A DNA stretch of 20,211 nucleotides, taken from the NCBI GenBank assembly GCA_038046385.1, contig JBBSWH010000013.1, positions 1 through 20,211 of the forward strand, written 5' to 3'. Below, one piece after another: positions 1-8,928 of the stretch (positions within the stretch are counted from its first letter, which is position 1; each line of letters opens with the position of its first letter). The stretch is from Nanobdellota archaeon. Its GTDB lineage: Archaea; Nanobdellota; Nanobdellia; Woesearchaeales; GW2011-AR4. The notes under the pieces were generated by a model. The model was not told where the DNA came from, made no database searches, and worked only from the letters and a program-made list of their open reading frames with translations. A program made the position numbers and the translations under genes.

Positions 1-1
1 A

Positions 2-48
2 CGACCTGAAGGTCGGGGAATTAAACCCCAGTGCTCGCTACGCTCGCA
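2..48. repeat. GC-rich short hairpin cluster (REP-like or IS200/IS605-end-like), probably truncated by the window edge
   Basis: CGACC-TGAA-GGTCG (2-15) and GGGG-AATTAAA-CCCC (15-29), followed by a GCTCGC direct repeat (GCTCGCTACGCTCGC), in otherwise AT-rich DNA. No transposase is present in the window. Confidence 0.35.
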
Positions 49-145
49 TTAAAAAGTCCTCGGTTTTGAGCTTCGGGTTGCCATAGCTCAGCTTGAATTT
101 TATTGTTGGATTGCATTTTCATATGAAATTTAAAATTTTCGAGTG

Positions 146-228
146 TGCTCGTAAATCTAGGATTTACGACATCTCTCTGGAATGTCAAAAATCAATGATT
201 TTTAAGCATACGCAAATCTTTAGATTTG
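146..228. repeat. Cluster of three short palindromic repeats, AAATC-N3/4-GATTT family
   Basis: TGCTC-GTAAATC-TAG-GATTTAC-GACAT (146-172); ATGTC-AAAAATC-AAT-GATTTTT-AAGCAT (182-209, opposite orientation); CAAATC-TTTA-GATTTG (213-228). The same family recurs at 9243-9323. Confidence 0.7.
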
Positions 229-312
229 ATTTACCTCAAAAAATGTTTGATTCGCTTCTTTGATAGGCTTTGCATATTGATGGTAACCTTCAATTTTTTA
301 AAAATACCGCCA

Positions 313-332
313 GAAAAACAAAACTTTTAAAA
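313..332 (+). promoter_or_regulatory. Putative archaeal BRE/TATA promoter for the leader peptide and aro operon
   Basis: Purine-rich GAAAAACAAAAC followed by TTTTAAAA (325-332), 25 nt before the ATG at 358. Similar spacing occurs before the ATGs at 10646, 12126, 13098, 14931, 15958, 18767, 18887 and 19342. Confidence 0.5.
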
Positions 333-357
333 AGAGAGAGGGATTAACATATTTAAG

Positions 358-426
358 ATGGAAAATATTGCTTCAAATTCAAATGTGAAATTCTTTTCTT
401 TTAGATATTTCTATTTCTGGCAGTAA
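358..426 (+). CDS. Putative Phe/Tyr/Trp-rich attenuator leader peptide, 22 aa (MENIASNSNVKFFSFRYFYFWQ)
   Basis: Translated by hand from ATG 358 to TAA 424-426. It has 5 Phe, 2 Tyr and 1 Trp within the last 11 codons and none in the first 11. It ends 104 nt upstream of the DAHP synthase gene. Confidence 0.75.
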   Translation: MENIASNSNVKFFSFRYFYFWQ

Positions 427-521
427 GCCAGACTACTACAGTTATTTGCGGCATTTACAATTTAAGTCCTGATAGGGCTATGTTAATTTTTAGCCAATAA
501 TAAGATTCAAACAGATGGAGG
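416..521 (+). promoter_or_regulatory. Leader region with short alternative hairpins and the SD of the first gene
   Basis: TCTGGC-AGTAA-GCCAGA hairpin (416-432) over the Trp codon and stop. GTCCT/AGGGC (466-478) and GGCTA/TAGCC (476-495) are mutually exclusive. SD GGAGG at 517-521. Confidence 0.45.
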
Positions 522-530
522 AAAAATAAA

Positions 531-1547
531 ATGATAATCGTATTAAAACCAAACGTGTCAAGGGAAGAAATAGAAGATATATCAAACAAACTAAAAGAAA
601 GAAGCCTAAAACCGGTGGAATTCGACGGGGTTGAAAGAACCGTAATCCACGTCCTGGGAAACGTGACTGATGAAATTGCAAGCCATTTTGGCTCCTTCAA
701 TTGCGCTGAAAGTGTAGTAAGGATAATGAAGCCCTTCAAGTTAGCAAGCAAAGAACATCAATCCCAAAAAACAGTGATAAGAGTCGGAGATGTATCAATA
801 GGGAATGGTGATGTGGTGATGATTGCAGGGCCTTGTTCAGTAGAATCAGAAGAGCAGATAATGGAATCTACGGAGATGCTAAAGAAACTAGGCGTTAAAA
901 TAATGAGGGCATCTGCATTCAAGCCAAGAACTTCCCCATATGAATTTCAGGGACTTGGGATAAAAGGATTAAAGCTGTTAAAGAAAGCAAGGGAGAAAAC
1001 TGGAATCCTAGTTGAAACGGAAGTTATGGATGTAAGAGATGTTGCAATTGCAGCAGAGTATGCTGATGTTTTAAGGGTTGGAGCAAGAAACATGCAAAAC
1101 TATGACCTATTGAAGGAGCTAGGAAAGATAAACAAGCCAGTTATATTAAAAAGAGGAATGTCAGCTACAATAAATGAATTCGTAATGGCAGCTGAATACA
1201 TATTATACCACGGCAATACAGATGTAATATTGTGCGAAAGGGGAATAAGAACATTCGAGACAGCTTACAGGAACACTTTGGATATAGGGGCAGTTGCAGT
1301 CTTAAAGAACTTAACCCATCTTCCTGTTATAGTTGATCCCAGCCATGCAGCCGGAAACAGAGAATTAGTTCCACCGTTAAGCAAGGCAGCAGTTGCTGCA
1401 GGAGCTGACGGGTTATTAATAGAAGCGCATCCTCACCCGGATAAAGCCTTAAGCGATGCAGCGCAATCGTTGTACCCAGAGCAACTGGCAAAGCTAATGG
1501 AAGAATTGAGGCCAATATGCAAAGCTGTGGGAAGGAAGTTAGCATAA
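531..1547 (+). CDS. aroF: 3-deoxy-D-arabino-heptulosonate 7-phosphate (DAHP) synthase, type I-beta, with N-terminal ferredoxin-like/ACT regulatory domain
   Basis: Motifs [47 protein letters not shown] and ALSD. N-terminal MIIVLK...GVERTVI regulatory domain. SD GGAGG. Confidence 0.96.
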   Translation: MIIVLKPNVSREEIEDISNKLKERSLKPVEFDGVERTVIHVLGNVTDEIASHFGSFNCAESVVRIMKPFKLASKEHQSQKTVIRVGDVSIGNGDVVMIAGPCSVESEEQIMESTEMLKKLGVKIMRASAFKPRTSPYEFQGLGIKGLKLLKKAREKTGILVETEVMDVRDVAIAAEYADVLRVGARNMQNYDLLKELGKINKPVILKRGMSATINEFVMAAEYILYHGNTDVILCERGIRTFETAYRNTLDIGAVAVLKNLTHLPVIVDPSHAAGNRELVPPLSKAAVAAGADGLLIEAHPHPDKALSDAAQSLYPEQLAKLMEELRPICKAVGRKLA

Positions 1548-1548
1548 A

Positions 1549-2649
1549 ATGGAAACAATAAATGCAAAAATAAAGATAAGAGAGAAGGAATACCAACTCT
1601 TTGTAGGCAGTAATATATTAGGCAAACTGGCAGATTTTGTAAAAAAAAATCATCTAGGGAAGAAAATTGCCGTCATAATAGACGAAAACACAAACAAACT
1701 GCACAAAGACAAAATAAATAAGGTATTAAAAGACTTAACCCCTTTATTCATAACAGTTCCTTCTGGAGAATCAAGCAAGTCAAGGGAAATGAAGGAAAAG
1801 ATTGAAGACAGGATTTTAGATAATAAATTCGGAAGAGACAGCTTGATTATCGCAATTGGCGGCGGAGTAATTGGAGATCTGTCAGGATTTGTGGCTTCGA
1901 CTTTCAACAGGGGAATTCCGATAATTCATGTGCCAACAACTTTATTGGCTATGGTTGATTCTTCAATCGGCGGAAAAACCGGAATTAACACAAAACATGG
2001 AAAGAATTTGATTGGAACAACCTACCAGCCTGCTGCAGTTTTTGCAGACATGGATTTTCTGGAAACATTATCTGATGAAGAATTTAGGAATGGGCTGGCT
2101 GAAGTAATCAAGATTTCAATAATTATGGACAAGGCAATGTTTGAGTCACTGGAGAAAAACAGCAAAAAAATACTTGCGAGGGATAAATCTACCATGCAAA
2201 AACTAATCAAAAGAAACATTGAACTAAAAAAAGAAATTGTGGAAGAAGATGCAGAAGAAAAGGGATTAAGGCAGGTTCTAAACTTCGGGCATACTTTTGG
2301 CCATGCTTTGGAAGCATATTGTAAATACAAAATCAGGCACGGCTATGCTGTAAGCCAAGGGATGCTTGTAGAGTCAAAAATATCTGTTGCGGTCAATAAT
2401 CTAAGCAAAAATGAAGAGAAAAGGATAAGGAACCTGATAAGGCTATTCGGCTTTCCTTTGACAGCAAACATGGATGTTAAAGCATCTAAAATCATTGAGC
2501 TGATGGGGTCTGACAAGAAATCAATAAATAGCAATCCAAGATTTGTTTTGATTAACTCTATAGGCAAAGTAAAATCCAAAGATAATCATTTCTCGTTTGA
2601 AGTGGGAAGGTCTGCAATAGAAAAATCCATTGAAGAATACAAATATTGA
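1549..2649 (+). CDS. aroB: 3-dehydroquinate synthase (bacterial type)
   Basis: Motifs GGGVIGDLSGFVAS, RGI..VPTTLLAMVDSSIGGKTGIN, KNLIG, GLAEVIK, LNFGHTFGHALE, HGYAV and DKK. Confidence 0.96.
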   Translation: METINAKIKIREKEYQLFVGSNILGKLADFVKKNHLGKKIAVIIDENTNKLHKDKINKVLKDLTPLFITVPSGESSKSREMKEKIEDRILDNKFGRDSLIIAIGGGVIGDLSGFVASTFNRGIPIIHVPTTLLAMVDSSIGGKTGINTKHGKNLIGTTYQPAAVFADMDFLETLSDEEFRNGLAEVIKISIIMDKAMFESLEKNSKKILARDKSTMQKLIKRNIELKKEIVEEDAEEKGLRQVLNFGHTFGHALEAYCKYKIRHGYAVSQGMLVESKISVAVNNLSKNEEKRIRNLIRLFGFPLTANMDVKASKIIELMGSDKKSINSNPRFVLINSIGKVKSKDNHFSFEVGRSAIEKSIEEYKY

Positions 2650-2678
2650 TACAATAAAAAAGCAGGAAACACGATAAA

Positions 2679-5600
2679 ATGACTGAAATAAATCCAATTA
2701 AAAATCTGAATGCGACTGTTTTAGTTCCAGGAAGCAAGTATATAGCAAACAGGCTTTTGGTTATATGCGCATTGGCTGATGGAATTTCAATTCTAAAAAA
2801 TGTTCCGGATAATGAGGATATAAACAACTCAATAAATGCTTTGCAGCAATTTGGGATAAAGATTGAAAAGAATAACGGCACATTGACAATAGTCGGGACT
2901 GGCGGGAAGCTAAAAGCTCCAAAAAATATGATAAATGTAGGAGATTCTGGCACTTTGCTGAGGTTTATTGCGGGATTTGCAGCTTTAGTAGCAGGAAAAA
3001 CAACAATAACCGGGAGCAAAAGAATACAGGAAAGGCCTATCTCTGAGTTATTGAAAAGCCTAAGTGATTTGGGTATAAAGTGTAAATCAACTGACAGCCA
3101 CACACCAATTACAATAAGAGGAGGTAATCTTAAAGGAGGCAAAACAGGAATCAACGGAAGCGTAAGCAGCCAGTTCATTAGTTCCCTGCTTATGATAGCC
3201 CCTTTTGCTAAAAACAATGTTGAAATAGATATAGGCGGAAAACTGGTTTCTTCTGAATATGTTGATTTGACAATCAGCCTGATGAAAGAGTTCGGAGTTA
3301 AAGTTGAAAGGAAAAGAAATCAATTCAAAGTAAATTCGAATCAGAAATACAATCCGGGAAATTTTACAATTCCTGCAGACTGGGCTTCTGCAAATTACTT
3401 TTTAGCGGCTGCAGCCATAGTTCCTGGAAAGATTATGATAGGCAATCTGGATTTTAATCTGAAGCAGCCGGAATCTGGGTTTTTCAGGTTATTGGAAAAA
3501 ATGGGCTGCAAAGTTTCAATTAGTGCAAACTCAATAAAAATTATTGGGAATAATAAATTAAAATCTATTGACGCCGATATGTCATCTATGCCGGATTCAG
3601 CGCAAACTCTGGCAGCTATTGCATTGTTTGCAGACGGAAAAACAAGAATAAAAAATATTGGAAATTTGAAATTCAAAGAGTCAGACAGGATTAGTGACAC
3701 TGCAAGCGAATTAAGAAAGTTAGGTGCAAATGTTAAAGTAAAAAATGATGAATTAATAATAACAAAATCGCAATTAAAGCCTGCAATTATTGATTCGCAT
3801 AATGACCACAGGATGGCAATGAGCTTTGCCATTGCAGGATTGAAAATTCCTGGAATAAAAATAAATAATCCTGAATGTGTGAACAAGTCATTTCCGGAAT
3901 TTTTTGATAAGCTAAAAAGCATGTGGTCTCAATCAAGCCAATCCAAAAACATTGTCCTTATAGGATACAGGGGCGCCGGAAAGACTTCGATAGCCAAAGA
4001 GCTGTCAAAACTTGCAGGAATGCCAATTATTAGCACAGATGAAGAAATTTCAAAAAAAGCAGGAATTAAGTTGGAAGATTTAATCAGAAAATCAGGCTGG
4101 AAAAAATTTAGGGGTTTGGAAAATGAAGCCATCAGCAATTTAGAAAACACAAGCGGAGCAATAATAGACTGTGGTGGGGGAGTTGTTGAAAATAAAAACA
4201 ATATCAAGACGCTAAAAAAAAATGGGACTGTATTTTGGCTTAAAGCCCCTGTAAAAGTTTTGGCTGGAAGGATAGAATATTCAAGAAACCGGCCGTCAAT
4301 AACAGGGAAAAAATCTTTTACAGATGAAATTGGAGAAGTTTTAGAGAGGAGGACCCCGCTATACAGGAAAGCCGCGGATTTTGAAATTGAAACCTCAAAT
4401 AAAAGTCCGATTAAAGCTGCAAAAGCAATAATGGAACTAAAAAATAATGTGATGAAAACAAAAATCTGTGCAGTCATAACCGCAGATAATGTAAAAGATG
4501 CACTTAATGATATGGGGAAATCAGTATCGGCAGATTTGATGGAATTAAGGCTGGATTTTATCAGGGATATCGACAATAATAAGGTCGAATCATTAATTAA
4601 AAATTCATCAAAACCGATTATTGCAACATGCCGCCCTGCTAAATTTGGAGGAATGTTTAAAGGAAATGAAAAAGAAAGGCTGAAATTATTGAAAACTGCA
4701 ATGGATAGCGGCGCGGATTTCGTTGATGTTGAATTTGGATCAGAAGTTGCGAAGATTATAGCCGATATCGGCGCAGCTTCCAAAATAATAATCTCACATC
4801 ACAATTTCAAAGAAACTCCTTCGCTGGCAAAACTTGATTCATTGTACAGAAACATGAAAAAATTGAATCCCGATTTGATAAAAATAGTAACTGCTGCTAA
4901 TTCAATTAATGACAATTTTATTATATTTAATTTGTTGAAAGGAAAAAAAGATTTGATTGCATTTTGCATGGGGTGGAAAGGGGAGATATCAAGAATCCTT
5001 GCAGGAAAATTTGGATCAAGGCTGGCTTATTGCTCTATAAAAAAAGGGGAAGAATCTGCGCCGGGGCAAATTACACTGGATGAAATGCAAAATCTTTATC
5101 ATGCCAGCTTAATAAACAGGGAAACAAATGTCATAGGGATTATAGGAGAATTTGCGGAAAATTCAATGTCAAAATACATGCACAACCCAAATTTTTTGAA
5201 AAATGATGCGGATTTTGTTTATGTTCCGTTCAAAGCGGCAAAAAACGAATTGAAATATTTCATGAAAAACTTCAGAAAATTTAATTTTAAAGGAGCTGCA
5301 GTCACAATCCCGCATAAAGAGGAAATAATAAATTATATTGATGAGCTTGATGAAACTGCAAAGCAGATTGGGGCAACAAATACTTTGGTCAATAAAAATA
5401 ATAAGATTACGGGGCACAATACAGATTACTATGGCGCTGTTCATGCTTTGAAGGAACAGGCCAAAATCAAAAGCAGGAAAATCCTCGTCCTGGGGTCAGG
5501 AGGAGCCGCAAGGGCAGTTGTTTACGGATTAAAGAAAGAAGGAGCTAAAATCACAATAGTCAACAGGACAGATGAAAAATCAAGGAGATTAGCGAATGAA

Positions 5601-5945
5601 TTTAAAGTTCAGTTTGGTAAATTCAGCAATATAAACAGTTTAGTTAGAGACAATGACATCATAATTAACACAACCAGCGCTGGAATGTCTCCAAATGAAA
5701 ATGATTCAGTTTTGGGTGAAGAGGATTTAGTTAAAGGCAAGATTGTGATGGACATTGTCTACAAGCCGGTTAATACTAAATTAATAAGGATGGCAAAGAA
5801 AAAAGGATGTAAAACCATTACTGGGGACAGAATGCTTATACATCAAGCTGTAAGGCAATTTGAATTATGGACCGGAACAAATCCTGGGTTTAAGAGTATG
5901 GAGAAAGAATTAGTAAAACAAATTAATAAAACTGAGAAAAGGTGA
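2679..5945 (+). CDS. aroA: Tetrafunctional AROM-like protein: EPSP synthase (AroA) + shikimate kinase (AroK) + type I 3-dehydroquinate dehydratase (AroD) + shikimate dehydrogenase (AroE)
   Basis: AroA, aa ~1-415: PGSK, SGTLLRF, SSQFISS, KESDR, DHRMAMS, KSFP. AroK from aa ~423 (nt 3945): [18 protein letters not shown]. AroD from aa ~592 (nt 4452): ELRLD, TCR, SHHNF, KIV, FCMG, SAPGQ. AroE from aa ~815 (nt 5121): [41 protein letters not shown]. Confidence 0.94.
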   Translation: MTEINPIKNLNATVLVPGSKYIANRLLVICALADGISILKNVPDNEDINNSINALQQFGIKIEKNNGTLTIVGTGGKLKAPKNMINVGDSGTLLRFIAGFAALVAGKTTITGSKRIQERPISELLKSLSDLGIKCKSTDSHTPITIRGGNLKGGKTGINGSVSSQFISSLLMIAPFAKNNVEIDIGGKLVSSEYVDLTISLMKEFGVKVERKRNQFKVNSNQKYNPGNFTIPADWASANYFLAAAAIVPGKIMIGNLDFNLKQPESGFFRLLEKMGCKVSISANSIKIIGNNKLKSIDADMSSMPDSAQTLAAIALFADGKTRIKNIGNLKFKESDRISDTASELRKLGANVKVKNDELIITKSQLKPAIIDSHNDHRMAMSFAIAGLKIPGIKINNPECVNKSFPEFFDKLKSMWSQSSQSKNIVLIGYRGAGKTSIAKELSKLAGMPIISTDEEISKKAGIKLEDLIRKSGWKKFRGLENEAISNLENTSGAIIDCGGGVVENKNNIKTLKKNGTVFWLKAPVKVLAGRIEYSRNRPSITGKKSFTDEIGEVLERRTPLYRKAADFEIETSNKSPIKAAKAIMELKNNVMKTKICAVITADNVKDALNDMGKSVSADLMELRLDFIRDIDNNKVESLIKNSSKPIIATCRPAKFGGMFKGNEKERLKLLKTAMDSGADFVDVEFGSEVAKIIADIGAASKIIISHHNFKETPSLAKLDSLYRNMKKLNPDLIKIVTAANSINDNFIIFNLLKGKKDLIAFCMGWKGEISRILAGKFGSRLAYCSIKKGEESAPGQITLDEMQNLYHASLINRETNVIGIIGEFAENSMSKYMHNPNFLKNDADFVYVPFKAAKNELKYFMKNFRKFNFKGAAVTIPHKEEIINYIDELDETAKQIGATNTLVNKNNKITGHNTDYYGAVHALKEQAKIKSRKILVLGSGGAARAVVYGLKKEGAKITIVNRTDEKSRRLANEFKVQFGKFSNINSLVRDNDIIINTTSAGMSPNENDSVLGEEDLVKGKIVMDIVYKPVNTKLIRMAKKKGCKTITGDRMLIHQAVRQFELWTGTNPGFKSMEKELVKQINKTEKR

Positions 5946-5949
5946 AACT

Positions 5950-7044
5950 ATGTCTGGAAATTCATTCGGAGAGTTGTTTAAAATAACCAACTGGGGAGAA
6001 AGTCATGGAAAGGCGATTGGAGTTGTTGTAGATGGATGTCCATCGATGCTGGAGCTGGATGAGATTTATATCCAAAAATTCCTTGACAGGAGGGCGCCGG
6101 GACAAAGCGAGGTTACAACACAAAGGCAGGAGCCAGATAAGGTGGAAATAATTTCAGGCTTATTCAACGGAAAGACAACAGGAACGCCAATATGCATGAT
6201 TATCTTCAACAAAGAGTTCAAAAGCGCAGATTACAATGAAATTTCAAAAGCATTCAGGCCAAGCCACTCAGATTTTACATATGAGAAAAAATATGGGATA
6301 AGGGATTCATCAGGAGGGGGAAGAAGCTCTGCAAGGCTTACAGCAGGAAATGTTGCAGCAGGAGCGATTGCATACAAAATCCTTAATGAAAGGTTTGGAA
6401 TAGAGATTATTGCTTATGCAAAGCAGATTAAAGATATTAAAGCGGAAATTGATTCTGAAAAAGTTTCAAAGAAAGATATAGATTCAAATATAGTTAAATG
6501 CCCTGATAAAAACGCAGCAAAAGAAATGATAAAACTGATTGAAACTGCAAAAAACAACGGAGACTCAGTAGGCGGGATTATAGAATGTGTAATAAGGAAT
6601 GTCCCTGCTGGGCTTGGAGAGCCGATATTTGACAAATTGGAAGCTGATTTGGCAAAGGCAATGCTTTGCATTAATGCAACAAAGGGATTTGAAATAGGTT
6701 CAGGATTTGAAGGAATTAAAATGCTCGGCAGCCAGCATAATGATTCTTTTGTAATGAAAAGCGGAAAAATAATGACAAAAACAAACAATTCAGGAGGAAT
6801 ACAGGGCGGAATTTCAAACGGGATGCCTATAATTTTTCGGGTTGCTTTCAAGCCGACATCTACAATTCAAAAAGAACAGGATACTGTTGACATCAAAGGG
6901 AAATCCGTTAAAATGGAAATAAAGGGAAGGCATGATCCATGCGTTTTGCCAAGGGCAGTCCCGATAGTCGAGGCAATGGCCTCCTTGGTTCTTTGCGATC
7001 ATTATTTAAGGCAAAGAGCGCAAAATGGTGATAAATTTGATTGA
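5950..7044 (+). CDS. aroC: Chorismate synthase
   Basis: Motifs [39 protein letters not shown] and GRHDPC. SD AGGTGA upstream. Confidence 0.97.
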   Translation: MSGNSFGELFKITNWGESHGKAIGVVVDGCPSMLELDEIYIQKFLDRRAPGQSEVTTQRQEPDKVEIISGLFNGKTTGTPICMIIFNKEFKSADYNEISKAFRPSHSDFTYEKKYGIRDSSGGGRSSARLTAGNVAAGAIAYKILNERFGIEIIAYAKQIKDIKAEIDSEKVSKKDIDSNIVKCPDKNAAKEMIKLIETAKNNGDSVGGIIECVIRNVPAGLGEPIFDKLEADLAKAMLCINATKGFEIGSGFEGIKMLGSQHNDSFVMKSGKIMTKTNNSGGIQGGISNGMPIIFRVAFKPTSTIQKEQDTVDIKGKSVKMEIKGRHDPCVLPRAVPIVEAMASLVLCDHYLRQRAQNGDKFD

Positions 7045-8047
7045 TGAGTTAAGAAAATCGATTGATAAATTGGACAGGGAAATATTGAATATTCTTTCCA
7101 AGAGAAAAGGCTTGGTAAAAGAAGTTGGAAAACTAAAAAAAAGCTTAAACTTCCCTGTTTTTGATAAAAAAAGAGAAGATAAAATTATAAGCAATATATC
7201 AAAAGAAGCAAAACGATTGGGATTGGACGCAGATTCTGTCTCTGATATTTTTAGTTCTATTTTCCAAAGTTCAAGGAGCGAGCAGCAGAAACAAATGCAT
7301 AAAATAGACTGCAGTGTCAAAAAAATAGGCCTTATTGGATTTGGAAGATTCGGAAAGCTGATTGTCAGGCACCTTTGCAGTGATTTTGAGTTTTATGTTT
7401 ACGATAAATATGACAAGAAAAAAGAAATTTTGGAAAATAATGCAAACCCTGCGACATTAAGCGAGGCATGCATCCAAAAAATAGTAGTGCTTGCTGTCCC
7501 CATCTCAGAAATTAAAAACACATTAAACAATATAAAAAACCTGCTGAAAAATGATTCGGTTGTGATTGATGTTTGTTCTGTAAAAGAATATCCTGTTAAG
7601 CTTATGAAGAACATACTGCCCAAAAATGTCCAGATTCTTGCAACTCATCCGATGTTCGGGCCTGATACGGCTCATGGCTCATTGGAAGGGAGGAAAATAG
7701 TTTTGTGCAGGGTAAGAATTGACAATAAGTCATATTTGCAGATCAAAAGGTTCCTCGAAAGCAAGCAGCTTAGCGTAATAGAGGCAACTCCTAAGCAGCA
7801 TGACAGAGAGATAGCCAAGTCCCTTGTATTGACCCACTTTATAGGGAGGGCTTTGATTGATATGAAAGCATCTTCTTTGGAAATTGACACAAGAGGGTAT
7901 CGTGATTTAATCAAAATACTGGATACTGTAAAGAATGACACATGGCAGTTATTTGATGATATAAACAAGCACAATAAAAATTCGGCAGAAGTAAGAAAAA
8001 ACCTTATTAAATCATTAAATAATGTAGAAAGGAGGCTAAAAAAATGA
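7025..8047 (+). CDS. tyrA: Bifunctional chorismate mutase (AroQ) / TyrA-family prephenate or arogenate dehydrogenase
   Basis: N-terminal [14 protein letters not shown]...VG..K...D..RE chorismate mutase domain. Rossmann [22 protein letters not shown] and HD motifs. Overlaps the end of aroC; TTG at 7037 is a possible alternative start. Confidence 0.9.
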   Translation: MVINLIDELRKSIDKLDREILNILSKRKGLVKEVGKLKKSLNFPVFDKKREDKIISNISKEAKRLGLDADSVSDIFSSIFQSSRSEQQKQMHKIDCSVKKIGLIGFGRFGKLIVRHLCSDFEFYVYDKYDKKKEILENNANPATLSEACIQKIVVLAVPISEIKNTLNNIKNLLKNDSVVIDVCSVKEYPVKLMKNILPKNVQILATHPMFGPDTAHGSLEGRKIVLCRVRIDNKSYLQIKRFLESKQLSVIEATPKQHDREIAKSLVLTHFIGRALIDMKASSLEIDTRGYRDLIKILDTVKNDTWQLFDDINKHNKNSAEVRKNLIKSLNNVERRLKK

Positions 8048-8865
8048 AAGTTGCATACCAGGGCATAAAGGGAGCTTACAGCGAAGCTGCAGTTTACAGG
8101 CATTTTGGGGATGGTGCCGAAGCGTCCGGATTTGATCTTTCAGAAGAGGTTTTTGATGCCTTAAAAATGGAAAATGTGGATTTTGGCCTTTTGCCTTTTG
8201 AAAATACAATTGCAGGAAGTGTTGCAATAAACTATGACCTGCTTCTCAAAAGCGAAACTAAAGTTATAGCTGAAGTTTATCTTCCTGTAATCCACTGCCT
8301 TTTGGCATGCAAAGGATTTAAACTGAGCGATATCCATACGGTTTATTCACACCCTCATGCCCTTGAACAATGCAGAGAATTCATAAGGAAGAATAAGCTA
8401 AAAGCAATTCCTGAGTATGACACTGCCGGCGCAGCGAAAATAGTCTGGGAAAATCTTAGGAAAGGGGAGGCTGCAATATCTTCTGAATACTGTGCCAAAA
8501 TATATGGGCTGGAAGTGCTTGAAAAGGGGATAGAGACTAATAAGAATAACATAACTAAGTTCCTTGTTTTTGTCAGAAGCGATAAATTTCCTGGCGGGAT
8601 AAAAAAAGAAAAGACAAGCATTGCATTTAAGACAAAGCATTATCCTGGAGCATTAATAAACTGCCTGCAAAGGCTTGCAAAGCACAACATAAGCCTGACA
8701 AAGCTCGAATCAAGGCCTATTCCTGAAAATCCGTGGGAATATGTGTTTTATGCTGATTTTGAAGGAGGGATTGATGATGAAAAAGTTAAGCTCGCACTTA
8801 GTGAAATGGAAGCATCTTCTCTGTTCCTAAAGATATTAGGCAGTTACCCTAAAGGAAAATTATAG
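8044..8865 (+). CDS. pheA: Prephenate dehydratase with C-terminal ACT domain
   Basis: Motifs VAYQGIKGAYSEAA, PFENTIAGSV, SHPHALEQC, DTAGAA, NITKF, PGAL and LTKLESRP. ATGA overlap with tyrA. Confidence 0.95.
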   Translation: MKVAYQGIKGAYSEAAVYRHFGDGAEASGFDLSEEVFDALKMENVDFGLLPFENTIAGSVAINYDLLLKSETKVIAEVYLPVIHCLLACKGFKLSDIHTVYSHPHALEQCREFIRKNKLKAIPEYDTAGAAKIVWENLRKGEAAISSEYCAKIYGLEVLEKGIETNKNNITKFLVFVRSDKFPGGIKKEKTSIAFKTKHYPGALINCLQRLAKHNISLTKLESRPIPENPWEYVFYADFEGGIDDEKVKLALSEMEASSLFLKILGSYPKGKL

Positions 8866-8928
8866 TTCGCTTATTAAAATAGCAATGTTTTTATACCCTT
8901 ATTCCAATTGTCATCTTGGTGATGTACT

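Noticed and set aside
21-122. 33-codon minus-strand ORF MKMQSNNKIQAELWQPEAQNRGLFNASVASTGV
   Set aside because: It is short, runs into the hairpin cluster and has no recognisable motif. It cannot be supported without upstream context.
146-228. Possible CRISPR array from the recurring palindromes (also 9243-9323)
   Set aside because: The units differ in sequence and orientation, the spacers are only a few nt and irregular, and there are no cas genes.
309-421. GCCAGAAA (309-316) complementary to TTTCTGGC (414-421) as an antiterminator pairing
   Set aside because: 309-316 lies upstream of the putative TATA box and so is probably not transcribed. Revisit if the TSS maps further upstream.
427-530. 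Classic bacterial intrinsic terminator or T-box riboswitch in the aro leader
   Set aside because: There is no strong GC stem followed by a U-run and no T-box consensus, and the region is too short for a T-box.
2640-2681. Readthrough or frameshift joining AroB to the fusion to make a full pentafunctional AROM
   Set aside because: aroB ends at TGA 2647-2649 in a different frame. The fusion's frame has TAA at 2655-2657, and readthrough in the aroB frame meets TGA at 2680-2682.
455-8640. Many minus-strand ORFs antisense to the aro genes (e.g. 2558-3217, 3929-4783)
   Set aside because: These are shadow ORFs of A-rich coding sequence, rich in Phe/Ser/Leu/Ile, with no motifs.
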